This document shows, piece by piece, positions 63,875 through 64,000 of a stretch of DNA of 64,000 nt. The position numbers and the translations under genes were made by a program. The notes under the pieces were generated by a model that saw nothing but the letters and a program-made list of their open reading frames with translations, searched no databases and was not told where the DNA came from. Each line of letters starts with the position of its first letter. Within the stretch, counting starts at the first letter, position 1. The DNA is from Escherichia phage vB_EcoM_E9.1, in sequence record PP886230; one strand, written 5' to 3'.

Positions 63875-63878
63875 AATA

Positions 63879-64000
63879 GTGTTTGATTTCAGTGATATTA
63901 AAAATAAGTCGGTCGATGATGATGAAAAACCAACACAGCATTCTTTTTCTATTGCTGAATTTCTAAAACACATTGACCGTGCTGATTATAAGTACTATAA
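63879..64000 (+). CDS. possible 5' fragment of a gene continuing beyond the window (GTG start)
   Basis: GGAG SD then GTG at 63879; reading frame stays open to the window end (VFDFSDIKNKSVDDDEKPTQHSF...). Confidence 0.25.
   Translation, partial: MFDFSDIKNKSVDDDEKPTQHSFSIAEFLKHIDRADYKYY

Overview
The window looks like part of an AT-rich genome of a T4-like contractile-tailed phage. All protein identifications are by-eye motif recognition and comparison with T4 proteins recalled from memory; no database search was run. Left to right: a minus-strand tail/baseplate block (Nudix fragment at the edge, a gp6-like baseplate protein, gp25-like wedge, T4-type lysozyme, gp5-like spike with a C-terminal lysozyme domain, and a 3333-aa giant ORF), interrupted by a plus-strand ClpA-type AAA+ unfoldase cassette; then gp55/gp47/gp46; a zinc-less endonuclease VII homologue; an ORF-free ~0.8 kb region that appears to encode a ~450-nt structured RNA; a head module (portal, prohead core, protease, scaffold, major capsid); an accessory island with zinc-ribbon/T5orf172 (GIY-YIG-like) proteins and a tail-fibre plus assembly-chaperone cassette; and a replication/recombination block (DNA polymerase, clamp-like, GroES-like, RNase H, terminase, gp32, UvsX, UvsY-like, DEDDh exonuclease, UvsW-like helicase). 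Two promoter classes recur: an early sigma70-like GGGACA-N16-TGnTATAAT family and late ATAAATA-core promoters with extended conserved flanks. The strongest candidates for something undescribed are the orphan RNA locus with its iteron-like flank, the phage ClpA-like unfoldase, and the accessory island with a hairpin-gated late promoter.
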